Below, piece after piece: positions 1-13,363 of a stretch of 64,000 bases of DNA (positions are counted from its first letter, which is position 1; every line of letters starts with the position of its first letter). The stretch is from contig NMRA01000705.1 of assembly GCA_002633005.1 (NCBI GenBank), forward strand, positions 62,001 through 126,000, given 5' to 3'. The notes below the pieces were generated by a model. The model was not told the origin of the DNA and did no database searches. It was given only the letters and a program-made list of their open reading frames with translations. The position numbers and the translations under genes were made by a program. The stretch is from Phoronis australis. Taxonomy: Eukaryota > Animalia > Phoronida.

Positions 1-1339
1 TGCAGAACATCATTTTGTTTTAAAGACCAGTGTACTGTTTTGTGGAAAGTGAGACAGGAATTAGGTCTTACGCTCCATGCATTTCACAATTGCTGAAAGA
101 CGTTTAGCCAAATAAATTGTGAGCGTATCAGTCTAGAAATGATTGCTAGAAATTACCTCGGTAACTAGCATTTATTTGCATATTTTCAGTGGTTTTGCAT
201 TTTTGCTCAAGTGTGATTTAATTGGTTTTCAGAAATAGTCATGTGGAGCGCAAGCCAAATTTCTGACTTGAGTATTAATTAAGTCATTTTTTCACGAAAC
301 AGCCCTCTCTATGGGAAAGTCGTTGTTTTATCAATATCAGGCCAAAACCGGGTTTGGCATCCTTTTAACTTAAATAGTTCATTCATCAGCTTCACTAGAT
401 ATAGCTCAGCAAGTTTTTATGTACATGCTCAAATTGTTAAACCTGCCTTGCGAAATGGGGCGCTCTACCAATTTTTAATTTGCTGCTGAAAATGTTTTTT
501 CATCAGAAACTGCAGTTGTTTTTGGGTTGCTACAGGTTTGCATATGGTTTGCATGATGTCAGAAAATATTTCTTTTTCATGATCGTAGGTCTTTTAATTG
601 TTGTAAAAAACATCATCAAACCAGGTCAGCTGATATCCTGATATCAATACTTCAAATGTTACTACCTGAACTGAAATATTTTGACTGATATTACTTGTGT
701 ACCGGGGATAGCCATAAGAACCCCCCCATAGGGGCTTTTCAGATACAAGAATCGACAATGCTCTGATGGGGCTCTTTTTGGGATCGTTTTGCATTTCTAG
801 CACGAGGAAAAGGGTGGAAAATGTGGCAAAATGTCATTTCTTTCTCAATTTGGTCCTTATCAAGACCATTTAAATAGTTCAAGAAGGTGTCACAGGCCTA
901 ATCTTGCAGCTACGGAAACCTGGATGGTATTTTAAGTTAAATACATTCATCACATAGATAAAAGAAGTAAATCACTTCTTCCGATACCAACAATCTCTGT
1001 AGCAATCGCTTACTCCCATATACACCACTTCTAAAACTCAATGCCGAACGAAGACACTGTAGTAAACAATACAAAGTTTCTGAAAAAGAGCACACCGTTT
1101 TTGTTCCCAAATTTGCTTCCTGGAGACTTTTAAGAACGCAAAATTACTTTGGCGTAATGAACATGTCTGAAAAAATTCATGAGCTCTTTTGGAAATGTGA
1201 CGTTGTCGTGTGGTCGCGTCATGTCCTCTGTTATTCGGTTTTGTTTCCCGAAACCATAATTATCTTGAAAGTGTTTGAAAATATATGTAGATTCTTGGCG
1301 AAAACATTTGATGTGTGGAGCAGCGATTGGTGGTCTTGA

Positions 1340-4300
1340 CTAGCTAGGACTTCTTATGGCGCAGCATTGAATCAACGAGAGTGTGATAACCATCACCTGG
1401 AATAGACAAATTGTTAAACCATCACCAAAGGTGGCACGTCCAGAGACATTTGTACCCCCCTGATGTAGATGCTACTATTTTAAGTTAAAACCCTTTGCTG
1501 CAGTTACTGAATCACACTGGCTGGTCTTCCTGTTCGTAACTTATGCAGACCATAACGAAAATGCCACCACGAGCTAGACGTCTCACTATATCGCACTTTT
1601 GGGTACCAAAGTTTAGTACTTTCGACATCTTGCAAGTTTGCAATGGGTGAGGCTATGCAGCATACACGTTGACGCCGACTTTGGCCACAGTCTCTGTTGT
1701 TGTCCTGGTAATAAATCTATTTCTGACAAATAACTAATAGTCTTAGAGAATGAGGCTTTCCCATTTACAGTCCTTGTGCAAATTCACCAATAGACAATTA
1801 GTATGGTCTGTGTTTTTCAGGCTTACCTGTGTGAAGCAGGTGCCGAGAGCGAACCCGGTAACAATGGGTAGATTATCGTAGTACAGATCAAAAATCTTAT
1901 ATTTGCAAGGCTGAAACAAAAATAACACACGCATATCGTCAAATTGAAAATAGGGTTAAGTTGTGTTTCATTAAGATCGTTAAATTGATGTTTGCAGCAT
2001 ACTACGTAAAAATAGCACACTATAGTTGTAAATAAAGTTACTTTTTCTGGGGTAAGCAATTTTGTAGCCTTAAGAAGCGCTCGAGTGTTAGTCTCATTAA
2101 GAGGCTAAATGTCATGATCAATACAATGCCTTTTGCACTAGCTGCAGTTCCTCTACGGATGCCTTCGATAAATAGATAGTGATAAGAAAAAACACCTTTT
2201 GAATATCGACTCTCTCAGCTATTAGAATGAGGGGCCTCTTCCAAGAAACTGATTTAAGTTCATTTTTTACTTAAGTAGAAGACTTCTCTCAACTTCCAAA
2301 CTTTGAAACTTCCACATCAGGTAATTTAATCGAACTTAAAACTTAAAGGGAAAGGCAACCTTTTTCATGTCATTTTTAGCAAAAATAAGGTTCTTTGATT
2401 ATCCCAGACATATTTTTCACTTAATTACAGCTTTTCGTAATTTAATTACTTATTCGTCGTTTACTCCGGAAGTGACGTTTTGGGAGGCAAGAATTTCGCG
2501 CCAATTTGTTTTCATATAGTGTGACTGTGAGAGCTGTCGAGTCAGTCATTGTTATACCTCGGTTATGACAAGTTCGGTTGTCGTTTGCTTCTGTTTAGAG
2601 TCAGTAAAATTTGTCTCAGTTTTCTTGGAACGGGCCCCAGAACTAAAGTCTTCTTCCATATCGTTGATTCAAAGAAGCGTTTTGTTCAAAATGTATTTTA
2701 GTTATTGCTACAAAAACCTGTAAGTAATTTTCGTCAGCACAGGAGGCTGGGAGCTTCCTAAGACCATAGTCAAGTAATCCCATTGTCACTCCACAGCACT
2801 TCAGCTGCAACAAACAAAGCAAGTACTATTAGTGTTATTCTGGTCGGTGAGGCAAGTCAGGATTTTGCTATAATAAAGTAAAATACGGCACTGTGACGAT
2901 TCAATTGATGTTCAGTACGCCTACACTAGAAAAGCAACGCTTCACCCCGTTACGTGCAGGGCTAATTAAGTCAAGAATTTAAAAGCCCAAACTTCAAATC
3001 AGTAGAACTGTAAATCAAATTAGGTGCGGTGCATCATCGCATTCCTTATTATCAGCTGACAACTGGCAAAGGTAACATGACAAAATGTGTGACACTGATG
3101 ACTCCTATGGGGGCTTTTTCGAACCTTGTTACCGAAACAGTCCCCAAACATGAACTAAAACAATAGTTTTCAAAGGTGGCGTGCACAAAGTTTAAGGAAC
3201 ACTAGTGAAAACCAGAGCACCTCCACGCGTTGATACGTGCCCACCGTGCATCGCAAACGGTGTGTTTCTTTATGCTTATCAGTTTCAAGAAAGGCATAAG
3301 GAGATAGCGATTGGACCGAATGGAGTAGGCCTAGCTGCAATAGTCAGAAATGTTTTGTAAATCACCTTTCAAAACTAACATCAATTAAAAAAATTAAAAA
3401 TAAACAGTTTTTAATATTTGTAATAAAGAAATGAAACATAACACGAAGGGGCAATGCAATATGCATCCAAAACGTAAGGGGTCTAGTCTACTTCGTTTCG
3501 CGAAGAACTTATCACGAGGTTTCACAGGTACAAAGATAGACACAAAATGACATAATATGCGCAGCACCTGCCCATAATTGCTCAAAATTGGTATCTGCCA
3601 TCATCTGCAAAATGAAACGGCCGCTAAGGAGTCCTGCAATGGTTAAATACGCCTGAAAATCGGCTGTTGCCAGCGCATTGTGTCAAAGATTCAATTGGTT
3701 CTCTAAGCATCATTCGGAAACGCTTTATGAGTGAAAAGCCTCTTGTCGAGACCAAAGTAGTTACTAGCAGGCGTTGGAGAGGTCCAATACGTCTGGAAAT
3801 CGACTGGTGCCGGCGGATTGCTAGCACACACCTCTGTAAGGGTTCATTCATATCCGCCAATTAGCTCTTCTCCCCAAAAGTACTGAAAATGCTCCTTGTC
3901 GAAACCAAAACAGCCACTCGGGGAGCTGCATTGATCGAATCTGCTCGAAAATCAACAGGTGCCGGCGCATTGTTGTCACATACATGTACCTGTGTCCAGT
4001 TTCACCGAAATACGTGCACCAATTCTGTCTATATCATCCGGAAACAAGCTTCATAAAATAATGAATAGCCCTGTCCCCTAGCCCCGGGGATGGGAAACCT
4101 TAAAAGTGGCATGCACCGCCCTAGTGAACACTTCTACACACTTATGGCATATTTCATCAAAATACGACCTGAGGTGTTGAGATGGATCAGATAACTGGGC
4201 AAAATAGCCATTGGGGGGTGCTGAAGTACTCGAGTTTTCCCGAAAATCAAATGGTGTCGGCGCAATTTTGTCACATGCCTCTCTGCCAAGTTTCATTGAA

Positions 4301-7300
4301 ATCTATCAGTTGTTTTCTAGACATTATCCTGAAACGTTCTCACGCCCCTATCCTCCAAAAAAGCCCCAGAGTAGTGAACAGACCCAGTGTGAAACCAAAA
4401 CGGCCACTAAAAGGTGCTGCAGTGGTGAAATTCGCCCGAAATGAACTGGAATGCAAGGTGACATCTTGCGAAGACGCGTGGTCTTGCATTTTGTGAGTTT
4501 CTTGCGCCTCAAGACTCACTTTGCGGCTGTGGGACTTCGCAACAGTAGCTAATTATTTAGCGTGGTCTAACAACGTTTGTCGACACTATTACCAATAATT
4601 ACATCATTTTTGCCCATAGTAAGATTAAAAAACGGACAATCGCCGCACAAATAAAAAAGTTCATGTTCATTCAACATTTCGTCTATAAGACGTCATCAGG
4701 ATAATATATACAATAAGACAGTAAGTGTCGAATAAAAGTCAGGTCACATCCATGTAGTGAAATGAGACTAGCAAGAGATGCAAGGAATAGTAAGTAGGTC
4801 ATCACCATAGTTGTACGGTCACTGAACTCTGCATGTTATTCAGAGAATCAGTAGCATGCTGGTCCTGAATGGCCAATGATTCCTTGCTGTACAGTAATTC
4901 CTTTATAGGTTCTTTACAAATAATACTAAAGTTGTTGCTAACACAATGCCTATAGATGTTACTTTTGTCGGAGATGTTATGTTCTTTCAGCCTGTCACAG
5001 ATGCGTCTCTGTTTGAGTCCAATATAGAATTCCTTACAGTTGTCAAAAGACATTCAACCTTATAAACAACATTGTTTTTGTTTAATAAAGGGATGGGTGA
5101 CTTCAGTTTCCACAGCACATTGGAAAGTTTGCGAAGAGGTTTGAAAACAACTATTAGCTGAACGGCTGGTTCTATGCAATGTTTCAATTTTAAACTACTT
5201 GGCCAGGTGTAACCAAGAGAAAAGAAAACTGTCTAGTTTTCTCAGATCCAATAACAGCTACGTTATCCGCCTCAGTCATTTTAGAACGGAAGTGTCTTTT
5301 GAAGCAATTAAAAAAATTCAGAGCATAACCACTGGCACGCAATAACTGGAAAATCCTACGTCGCTATGAGAGTTTAAATTGGTAGAACAAATTCTCCAGG
5401 CGCGGTGTAACGAGCAATTGACTAGACCTCTCTTGTATTAGATCGGCACAGAACTATCAAATTTAAGATAAAGCCCAAAAAAACTGGGCTTACGATACAC
5501 AAATGTAACAATGTTGCTATTCTCACGTTTAACCAAGACATCTAAAAAGGGTAATCACGACTCCTGCTCAGATTCACAGGTGAAGTTGATGGACGGATGC
5601 ATATTGTTCACGTGATTGAAAAATGAGTTGACTGAGTTCTTGGATGAAAACACAACAAACGTATCGTCCACATACCTACGATAAAAGTGTGGTTTACAGA
5701 AGGATGGACAACTGGCCAGAGAATACGGTCTCAAGATTGCACATGAAAATATTAAATGAACAAGAAGTTTTTTTATTTGTGCGGCTATTGTCCGTTTTTT
5801 AATATTACCAATAAGTACGCCTTCTTATTTTAGCAAAGCACCAACTGTACTTACGCTGGATTGCACGGCGTCCATTAAGTTTTTACTAGCCTCAGATTTG
5901 TCATAATTGTCTATTAATTTCCGCAATCCTTTAGTCACATTTTCTTCAAACTGAAAAAGATAAAGACACGCAATGATTTTTGACGTTTAATTGTTCAATC
6001 TCACACTTCCCAAGCTCATTCGTCAATTTCCGAATTACGTTATCGCGTACAAAAATAATTCAATTTTTGGCTTTCGACGAAACTATTGATAGGAACACGC
6101 CTGTTGCCTTCAACATGATTCTTCTGGCAGTTTGGCCCAGGACTTTCATATTACTACCAGGTTTGGCATATACGGAGGTGGACGGCAAAAAAACAGCCAC
6201 AAAAAATAAAAAGGACACTACGGCCGCGCAGCGCAGGTTGAAGCCGCCTGGTATGAGGCATGTGCCGTCGCCTCCGTTATCAGTGCTGTGGTGGGGCGTA
6301 GGCGCATGTAGGCGCAGTCAATGACTTTTTGGCATTTGAATGTAGCGTCTACGCACCGTAAGTTACATTCAGTGTTCAAGGTGATACGGTGGGCTTTGGG
6401 CGCCTATTTACCTCTAATTTTACCACTACAGCACTGTCCGTGATGATGGTAACTTATTTGCCAAATATCACGAAGATCCATGAACGAACCTGGTAGTTAT
6501 CGAGGCAAACGCACAGAGAACCAAAATCGCCACTAGGAGAACTCCACAGTTGTCGGAATTATCACAAAATTGGTTACATGAAGGGTGCCATCGACTCCTC
6601 AATAAAAACATATTTGCCAAATTTCACGAAAATCCGTGTAGGAGCTCCGAAAATAAAAAGGAAAAGATAAAAAAAAAACTAAAATTGTCACAAGGGAGCA
6701 CAGAAATAGTCGTATCTGTCCAAAAGTCCGTTGTCATGTACAAAATTTCATACAAAAATCCTGCAAGGAGATGAGATACAGCCACTGACACGAAAAAGTC
6801 GTAAAAATCCTAATTTTTTGTAACCTCTCATGCAAAAAGGGAACTGGGCTAAACACTAATAATTCCAAACACAGTTTTGGAAAATAGTGCATAAATCATA
6901 GTATCTGAAAGTTTCATAATGAATCCAATCAGCCATTTCTGAGATACAATATACCGAAGTTAGCCAAATTTGGCAATTTTATGAAGTCTGACATAAAGAG
7001 ACAAACGTAACAAAAGATGTCGCCAGGATCGAGACACAGTGGTAGCTCAGTTGGATCCCTTCAAATCCATCGTCATTACGTTCATAGGTGTGTTTGGGGT
7101 GCGAAAAGGAAATGTGCAATTTTGGTCATGCAGTTAGTGGAGCGGCTACTGATTCATCACAAAAGTTAAGCAATGTTTAACATTCTTTGCGGCTTTAGTT
7201 ACGGGCTCTATCGCACATGACTGGAGAGCGTTCCGAAGAACTAGATCGAGAGTTTTTTAACCGTCCGTTGCTAAATAAAATCAGTGCAGGTCACTGAAGT

Positions 7301-10300
7301 GATTTGTTGCCGAGGTTGGAGTTTTGAAATGTAGAATTTTTGTTTCTAGCGGAAATGATTTGCCACAAATGCAAGCTATATGTCTTGTCCTGCAGACACC
7401 TGAACGCAAACCGGCCTGGTCCTCAATAGAGTGCTTTTACTACATGTAGGTTAAAGTGACCACTTACAGAATCCGTTGCTGCCATTTTGAAAATGAAGAT
7501 TCCCATCAGACCCCAGAACAGGACTATGAGAACGACCAAGAACTGTAACGAACATAAAATATATCAGTGAGTCATTAATCTCCAATAGAAGGAACCAGGT
7601 GGTTATAGCAACATCGGGAAAACTATTTTACAGCAGGCCTAAGTTCCAGAAGTTGTGATTTATTAAATTTTCGCATAGAGTAAATGTGACACATTTGCGT
7701 GGGTTGCATTTATGGACTACAAATGTCAAGCTCACTTGTTTACATTATGACTAAAAGTCTATGTTCTCGGATTACGTCAGTTGAAGGTACCGTGTAAAGA
7801 CAAATCATGACATTNATCCTAATTTTTTGTAACCTCTCATGCAAAAAGGGAACTGGGCTAAACACTAATAATTCCAAACACAGTTTTGGAAAACAGTGCA
7901 TAAATCATAGTATATGAAAGTTTCATAATGAATCCAATCAGCCATTTCTGAGATACAATGTACCGAAGTTAGCCAAATTTGGCAATTTTATGAAGTCTGA
8001 CATAAAGAGGCAAACGTAACAAAAGATGTCGCCAGGATCGAGACACAGTGGTAGCTCAGTTGGATCCCTTCAAATCCATCGTCATTACGTTCATAGGTGT
8101 GTTTGGGGTGCGAAAAGGAAATGTGCAATTTTGGTCATGCAGTTAGTGGAGCGGCTACTGATTCATCACAAAAGTTAAGCAATGTTTAACATTCTTTGCG
8201 GCTTTAGTTACGGGCTCTATCGCACATGACTGGAGAGCGTTCCGAAGAACTAGATCGAGAGTTTTTTAACCGTCCGTTGCTAAATAAAATCAGTGCAGGT
8301 CACTGAAGTGATTTGTTTCCGAGGTTGGAGTTTTGAAATGTAGAATTTTTGTTTCTAGCGGAAATGATTTGCCACAAATGCAAGCTATATGTCTTGTCCT
8401 GCAGACACCTGAACGCAAACCGGCCTGGTCCTCAATAGAGTGCTTTTACTACATGTAGGTTAAAGTGACCACTTACAGAATCCGTTGCTGCCATTTTGAA
8501 AATGAAGATTCCCATCAGACCCCAGAACAGGACTATGAGAACGACCAAGAACTGTAACGAACATAAAATAAATCAGTGAGTCATTAATCTCCAATAGAAG
8601 GAACCAGGTGGTTATAGCAACATCGGGAAAACTATTTTACAGCAGGCCTAAGTTCCAGAAGTTGTGATTTATTAAATTTTCGCATAGAGTAAATGTGACA
8701 CATTTGCGTGGGTTGCATTTATGGACTACAAATGTCAAGCTCACTTGTTTACATTATGACTAAAAGTCTATGTTCTCGGATTACGTCAATTGAAGGTACC
8801 GTGTAAAGACAAATCATGACATTACGATTTTAATGAAGGCGCGTACTTACTAAGTCAAAAGTACAAGACGCTAGCGATTACGCTGTTTTTTTTTTGTTGT
8901 TTTTTGTAACTCATGAGCAGACTACAACGGACAGCATATTCACTTGTTCAAATGAATCGTCCATTCACCGATCACGATCTGATCGTTTGAGTCTGACAGC
9001 AAATGACAGCTGATTTATAACTTTGTCGTATTTCTAATCAAAATGGAGTTCTTCTTGAACTTGGTCATATGGTGGAGCTTTACGGAACTCAGAAAAGTGT
9101 AATTTCATGTACAAGTGTAGGTGGCGCACTTACCGAAGTGAGTAAGCGCGTTGACTCCTTTATAGATCCGCAGAGTCCAACGATGCCTAAGATCAGGATA
9201 CCAGCCCCAGTCGCTAGAAGGAAGTAGTGTGGCACGTAAAACCCAGGGAAATCAACTGCGTCAGGAATTTGCTGGATGTTCACTAACGTCAGAGAGCAGT
9301 AAACGATGATGGCTATTCCGAGGAGCTGAAACAATCCCAAGTTTTTCTTAATGGAATTCGGTGTTGGTCAAATCAAATACGGGCCAAACAATTTCACCCG
9401 ACATAAATTTTCGCGCAAAAACGAAAACTACAGGAAATCAGGTGTGCATCGGATCAATGCGCATTTGGCCTCTACACATATGTAACTTGACCTTAAGATA
9501 TTTGTCCGTATATTCCATTCGTAAGAATTGTTTGGCGAGTACTACTCGCCAAACAATTTGTTTTCCATGTACACTTTTCAGTTCTCTTCCTTTGTTTGAT
9601 CATTTCAGTTATTTAAGTGTACTACTGTGATCCTTGCAACTTTTGACGTTTTCTCTCTTTTTCAATTGCAAATTCCGATTATTATTTTGATGTTGGCTAG
9701 CGTTTGGCGATTAATGTGCTACAAGGCTTTAGACAATATCTGGGAGTAATATATTCCTAGGACAATTTGCAATCTTTACCCGCGGCGTTGGAAGTACGAG
9801 CGTGTTGTGTCAACGAATGCCAGATTCACGGACGTGGTCGGTTTCAGCGGCGAGTGCATTACACAGGCGCGTTTCATGGTACACCGCGTTCTAGAATAGG
9901 TCTAACATTAAAGTTAATCCCACCTGAATCTCCATTCCTTCTAAAACGCGAGAAATACAAAAAAAATATCTAATTCTTAAAAATCCGATCGGGCTCTAGA
10001 ATACGGGAGATAACGACTATCGCCATGTAATAATCTATATTTCTTGCTTAAACCATAAATTATAGATAACAGGTTCGCAACTCCGACATTTTCTTGCGTA
10101 GTATCCTAGAGGAGGCGCTTCTCTCCTAAAGTACCAATTTTAGTTTCCGGTTAGTGTGCTGTGACGGGAAATTCTCGTATCTATTTTACAGTCTAGTACA
10201 ACGAATAAATAATTTCGGCATTAAAACACTGTACAAAGTCTTCCAATAGAAGAACTGTTGGTATCGTGAGTATTTTTAGCACCCGACCACACAACAACCG

Positions 10301-11738
10301 ACCATGATTAGCAGACGACGTAATTGCCAGGAGTAAAACTTGCTAATTTTGCCGGGTGTCGCTAGTTAATAATGACGTCAGGGTTTCTGCGTAACATCGC
10401 TTTTCTTCGATATTTGCTCTAATCTCCAATAAGATCGTATCTAGCCTGACTGGGCTGTGCTGTTAAACATGACGGCGTTTTCCCGTTCTTTGACTTTACC
10501 AGACTTGTGAGCGCTTGATAACATCTAGCGTCTTTGTTAACTGCCAAGCATAGTCTTTTGTCTGGTATGACAACAGGAGGCCAGTAATCTACCAGATTAC
10601 AGACCACGTGTGAACACGGGCAAACCCAGAGCGAATTGGTACATTCGGAAAGAATATATTGTCGTAACTTCGGGAATTTTACTGAGTGAGCGATTTTGGC
10701 GATTCAAAAACTAAACATGATTACCATTTGACGAGGATTTCAGAAATGCTATTGGTTTATGTTCAAATATGTTATGGGCAAAAAGGTACGCCTCAGAGAA
10801 ACAAAAGTCGGAGAAAACGAGACAAAAGTACACTGAAAAGGCACAGACGCACAGTGAAGGTGGTACCCCGTTTTTTTAGTCCTCCCGCTTTTTTGTCAAC
10901 AAAAACATGCGCGCACCCAGGGGGGCGGGCTCGGGGGGCTCGAACGAAGTGGGCAAAAAGATCCGAGAAAATGAGGCATAAGTGCAATAACATGCGCAAA
11001 CGCGCAATTCACAGTGATGCTCCCGTTTTTTTTAGTCCGCCCGCTTTCTTGTTACCAAAAGGTCCACAAAGTCAGGAATTCGAGACCACCCATATTTATT
11101 GAAGACTGGGTGCGCGCATGAAAAGCTCCACATCGCCAGAAATTCGAGCCCCCCATATTAAAGGCTGGAAGCGCGCATGAATGGTAATCGTGTTTAATTT
11201 TGAATCGCCAAAATCGCCCAACTACAACCGAAGTTACGACAATCTATTCTTTCCGAATGTACCAATTCGCTCTGGGTTTGATTGTGTTCACATGTACAGT
11301 AGTACCCGTCGATATGGATAGAATGTAAGGCCGGGTGTAGTGTGCAGTCGCGGGTAGTAAAGAAACGAAACTGAAACACGTCGTGCCTTAGTCGCTCAAT
11401 CCAACAGATAACCATCAGATTATCTGCCTACATGTCTTTCAGGTAAATCTGGCGTACATCAAGTCGAACTTCAGCAGAGTTTAATAGTTACCGTCAAACG
11501 AAATGTCCTGTCGAAGTTGAATTGAACTGCATTGGCCGTGTTTATTGTTGAGTGGTTGTTCAAATAGAGAGGGCTCAGAGTGAGTGAGACGGGCTACAAA
11601 ACAACTAGACCTGTGGCAGCTTTGAATAGATACCATAGTGTCATGAGGTTACTGTAGGCCCAAAGTACTCACCGACAACAAGGCACTGAAGAAAATCGTG
11701 CTCCTTCTGACGTATGTATAGCCACGAGAAGTCTTCAT
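1340..11738 (-). CDS. Tetraspanin (divergent, ~218 aa, 7 coding exons)
   Basis: Exons (minus): 11738-11673 (MKTSRGYTYVRRSTIFFSALLS), 9325-9134 (LLGIAIIVYC...GIVGLCGSIKESTRLLTS), 8551-8477 (duplicate at 7542-7468; FLVVLIVLFWGLMGIFIFKMAATDS), 5950-5855 (FEENVTKGLRKLIDNY...MDAVQSS), 2804-2718 (LKCCG...LPASC...), 1910-1827 (PCKYKIFDLYYDNLPIVTGFALGTCFTQ), 1396-1340 (VMVITLSLIQCCAIRSPS*). All introns are GT-AG phase 0. Four TM segments, GxxGSIKES and CCG motifs, and the 75-bp and 84-bp exons are typical of tetraspanin genes. Confidence 0.93.
3590..4450. repeat. Degenerate interspersed repeat with tandem subunits, related to the gccactag-motif family
   Basis: Recurrent ccttgtcgaaaccaaaa...gccact / aaatttcat-type motifs resembling those at 6380-6960 and 58.7-62 kb. 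Confidence 0.4.
4620..5806 (-). mobile_element. 5'-truncated, decayed Penelope-like retroelement (RT plus GIY-YIG endonuclease) in tetraspanin intron 4
   Basis: The minus strand gives FYRRYVDDTFVVF...NNMHPSINFTCE...LPFLDVLV...VYRKP (PLE RT core, with stops), then NNVVYKVEC...C..YIG...R..EH...KESLAI (GIY-YIG, frameshifted). A ~55-bp inverted terminal copy (about 4624-4677 vs 5749-5803) matches the inverted pLTR arrangement. Confidence 0.88.
4670..4706 (-). ncRNA. Degenerate minimal type-I hammerhead ribozyme motif in the Penelope pLTR
   Basis: The minus strand reads cCTGATGA-c-GTCT-tat-AGAC-GAAA-tgttg: core boxes and stem II are intact and it lies in the 3' pLTR position typical of PLEs. Stems I and III are imperfect. 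Confidence 0.55.
6807..8823. other. Near-identical 1008-bp duplication across an N gap (6807-7814 / 7816-8823); probable assembly (haplotype) artefact
   Basis: Offset is exactly 1009 and the copies differ by a few SNPs. A single N lies at 7815 and each copy contains tetraspanin exon 3. Confidence 0.85.
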
Positions 11739-12499
11739 CCTGCTTCTGTAACTTTTTACAACATGAAGATCGGCAGAGAGACGCAGATTTGGGCCAAAGC
11801 GCTCTTTGACCTCGAACTCGTTTTACGATCGATAGCCAAGGGCATGAAGCGGACAACGGAATTATCCGAAGGTGTGTGAAAACTTATCAGTGCTTAACAG
11901 AGTTCAACATTTGTGTGTACTGGCAGCATTTTTTTAAATGTTCGCTAAGATATCGTGACACCTACTTGTATTTTGATAGTTCCCCCGGAAGTGGGCGGCG
12001 CAGCACTGGAAAAGGTGGGGGCTAAAGCCCCCCCATCCCCCTGTAGTGCACAGTCTATAGACCATGTGCAGCTGTAGCGCTGAAAAAAGTGGGGGTCTAT
12101 AGCCCCCCAGGCCCTATGGTGCGTCGTCCATGTGAATGCTGCAATGATATGAAAATTAACGTACTGCACGTACAAGCTGACCGCACATGGACGTCCCGGC
12201 AAAAATGATGACAGCTTATCTGGTCCCAACTCCTGATAACTAGCTGCCGCTCACCGACTGAAAAATGCTAGGCCCGCATCAAGTCCATTCCAGCCAAAGT
12301 CTCGTCTTGAAGGTTGCACAGAGCGGGCACGTATCGTGGTTCCGGCGGTAAGAAAGGTTTGGAACAATTTATTGTCACCCCGGCTGAATGCGCGGCGATG
12401 CCAAAATCACTGAAATGATCTGCATGATGCCTTTAGTCAGAGCTCGTGTCAGGGAGGTGACTTGTTTTTTGAGAAAGTGAGCAACGGAAAAAAGAAACC

Positions 12500-12700
12500 A
12501 GGGCTTGGTCTCTAATCATTAATCTTTGTACTCTCGAAACGAAATCGAAATTATTTTTTGCAATTTCTCTGCTCCTTTTGTGCGAACTCAAGATAGTGGT
12601 TATCAGACTGCTCGAATACGTTATACATGAGTTTGCACTTGCAGACTCTCATCGTGCTACAAACTCGAGTAAAACTCGAAATTTCGAGCCAACTAGCGCG
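12500..12700 (+). mobile_element. Truncated copy of the Harbinger-like MITE found complete at 53946-54343
   Basis: Shares ggtctc...ctttgtactc...gcaatttctctgctccttttgtgc...gttatcagactg...aaactcgaaatttcgag with the 53.9-kb copy. Confidence 0.7.
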
Positions 12701-13363
12701 AGGCTGCCTCTGGGGCTTTGATGCCACTAGTGGCGTACATCCATTCAGCGAACAAGGTGCACTTCAACTAAATACACACAGAGATCTCAATTGAATGCTA
12801 CTCAGTGTTTATTATTGGGCCCATAGGCCCTACCTAATCATAAGTTCCTTTCCAAGTTTCCGTTAGACTGTCTAGACATTGCTGGGAAAAGCAAACTCGA
12901 CGGAGTCATATGCGTGCACGCAACCTAAAATATAGGGGGGCTCGAACTTTTCCACGTGCGGACCCTTTACTGAAAGAAATCAACGTCGAGGACGAAAAAA
13001 AACCCGGCCACTATATAGTTAGGTTCAGATCCACGAATGGTGCATCCGCCCCGACTAAGGATTTTGTGAATTTTTGTCTCGTTTACCCGGACTTTTTGTT
13101 TCACTGAGGCGGATTTTTTGCCCAATTCGCCAAATTGGGGGGCTCGTCTGACACCCCACTGATGTAGCCAGAAACTAGAGAAGGTTTCCTGCATGGGATT
13201 TTATTGGAAAAGACACTGTCTCGTAGGAAATCGACATTTCAGCGGCACATCGGCTTGTATAACACGTTTAAGTACCCCCCCCCCCACTACTTGGGGTCGA
13301 TGTTATCGCGCTCGGCTCCGTCAGCCTCACAGTTCGCCCATTGACGCCGGACTAGTAGACCGG

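Noticed and set aside
7468-8551. Apparent tandem (mutually exclusive) duplicate of tetraspanin exon 3
   Set aside because: The copies are identical and lie in a 1-kb block duplicated exactly across an N gap, most likely a contig overlap.
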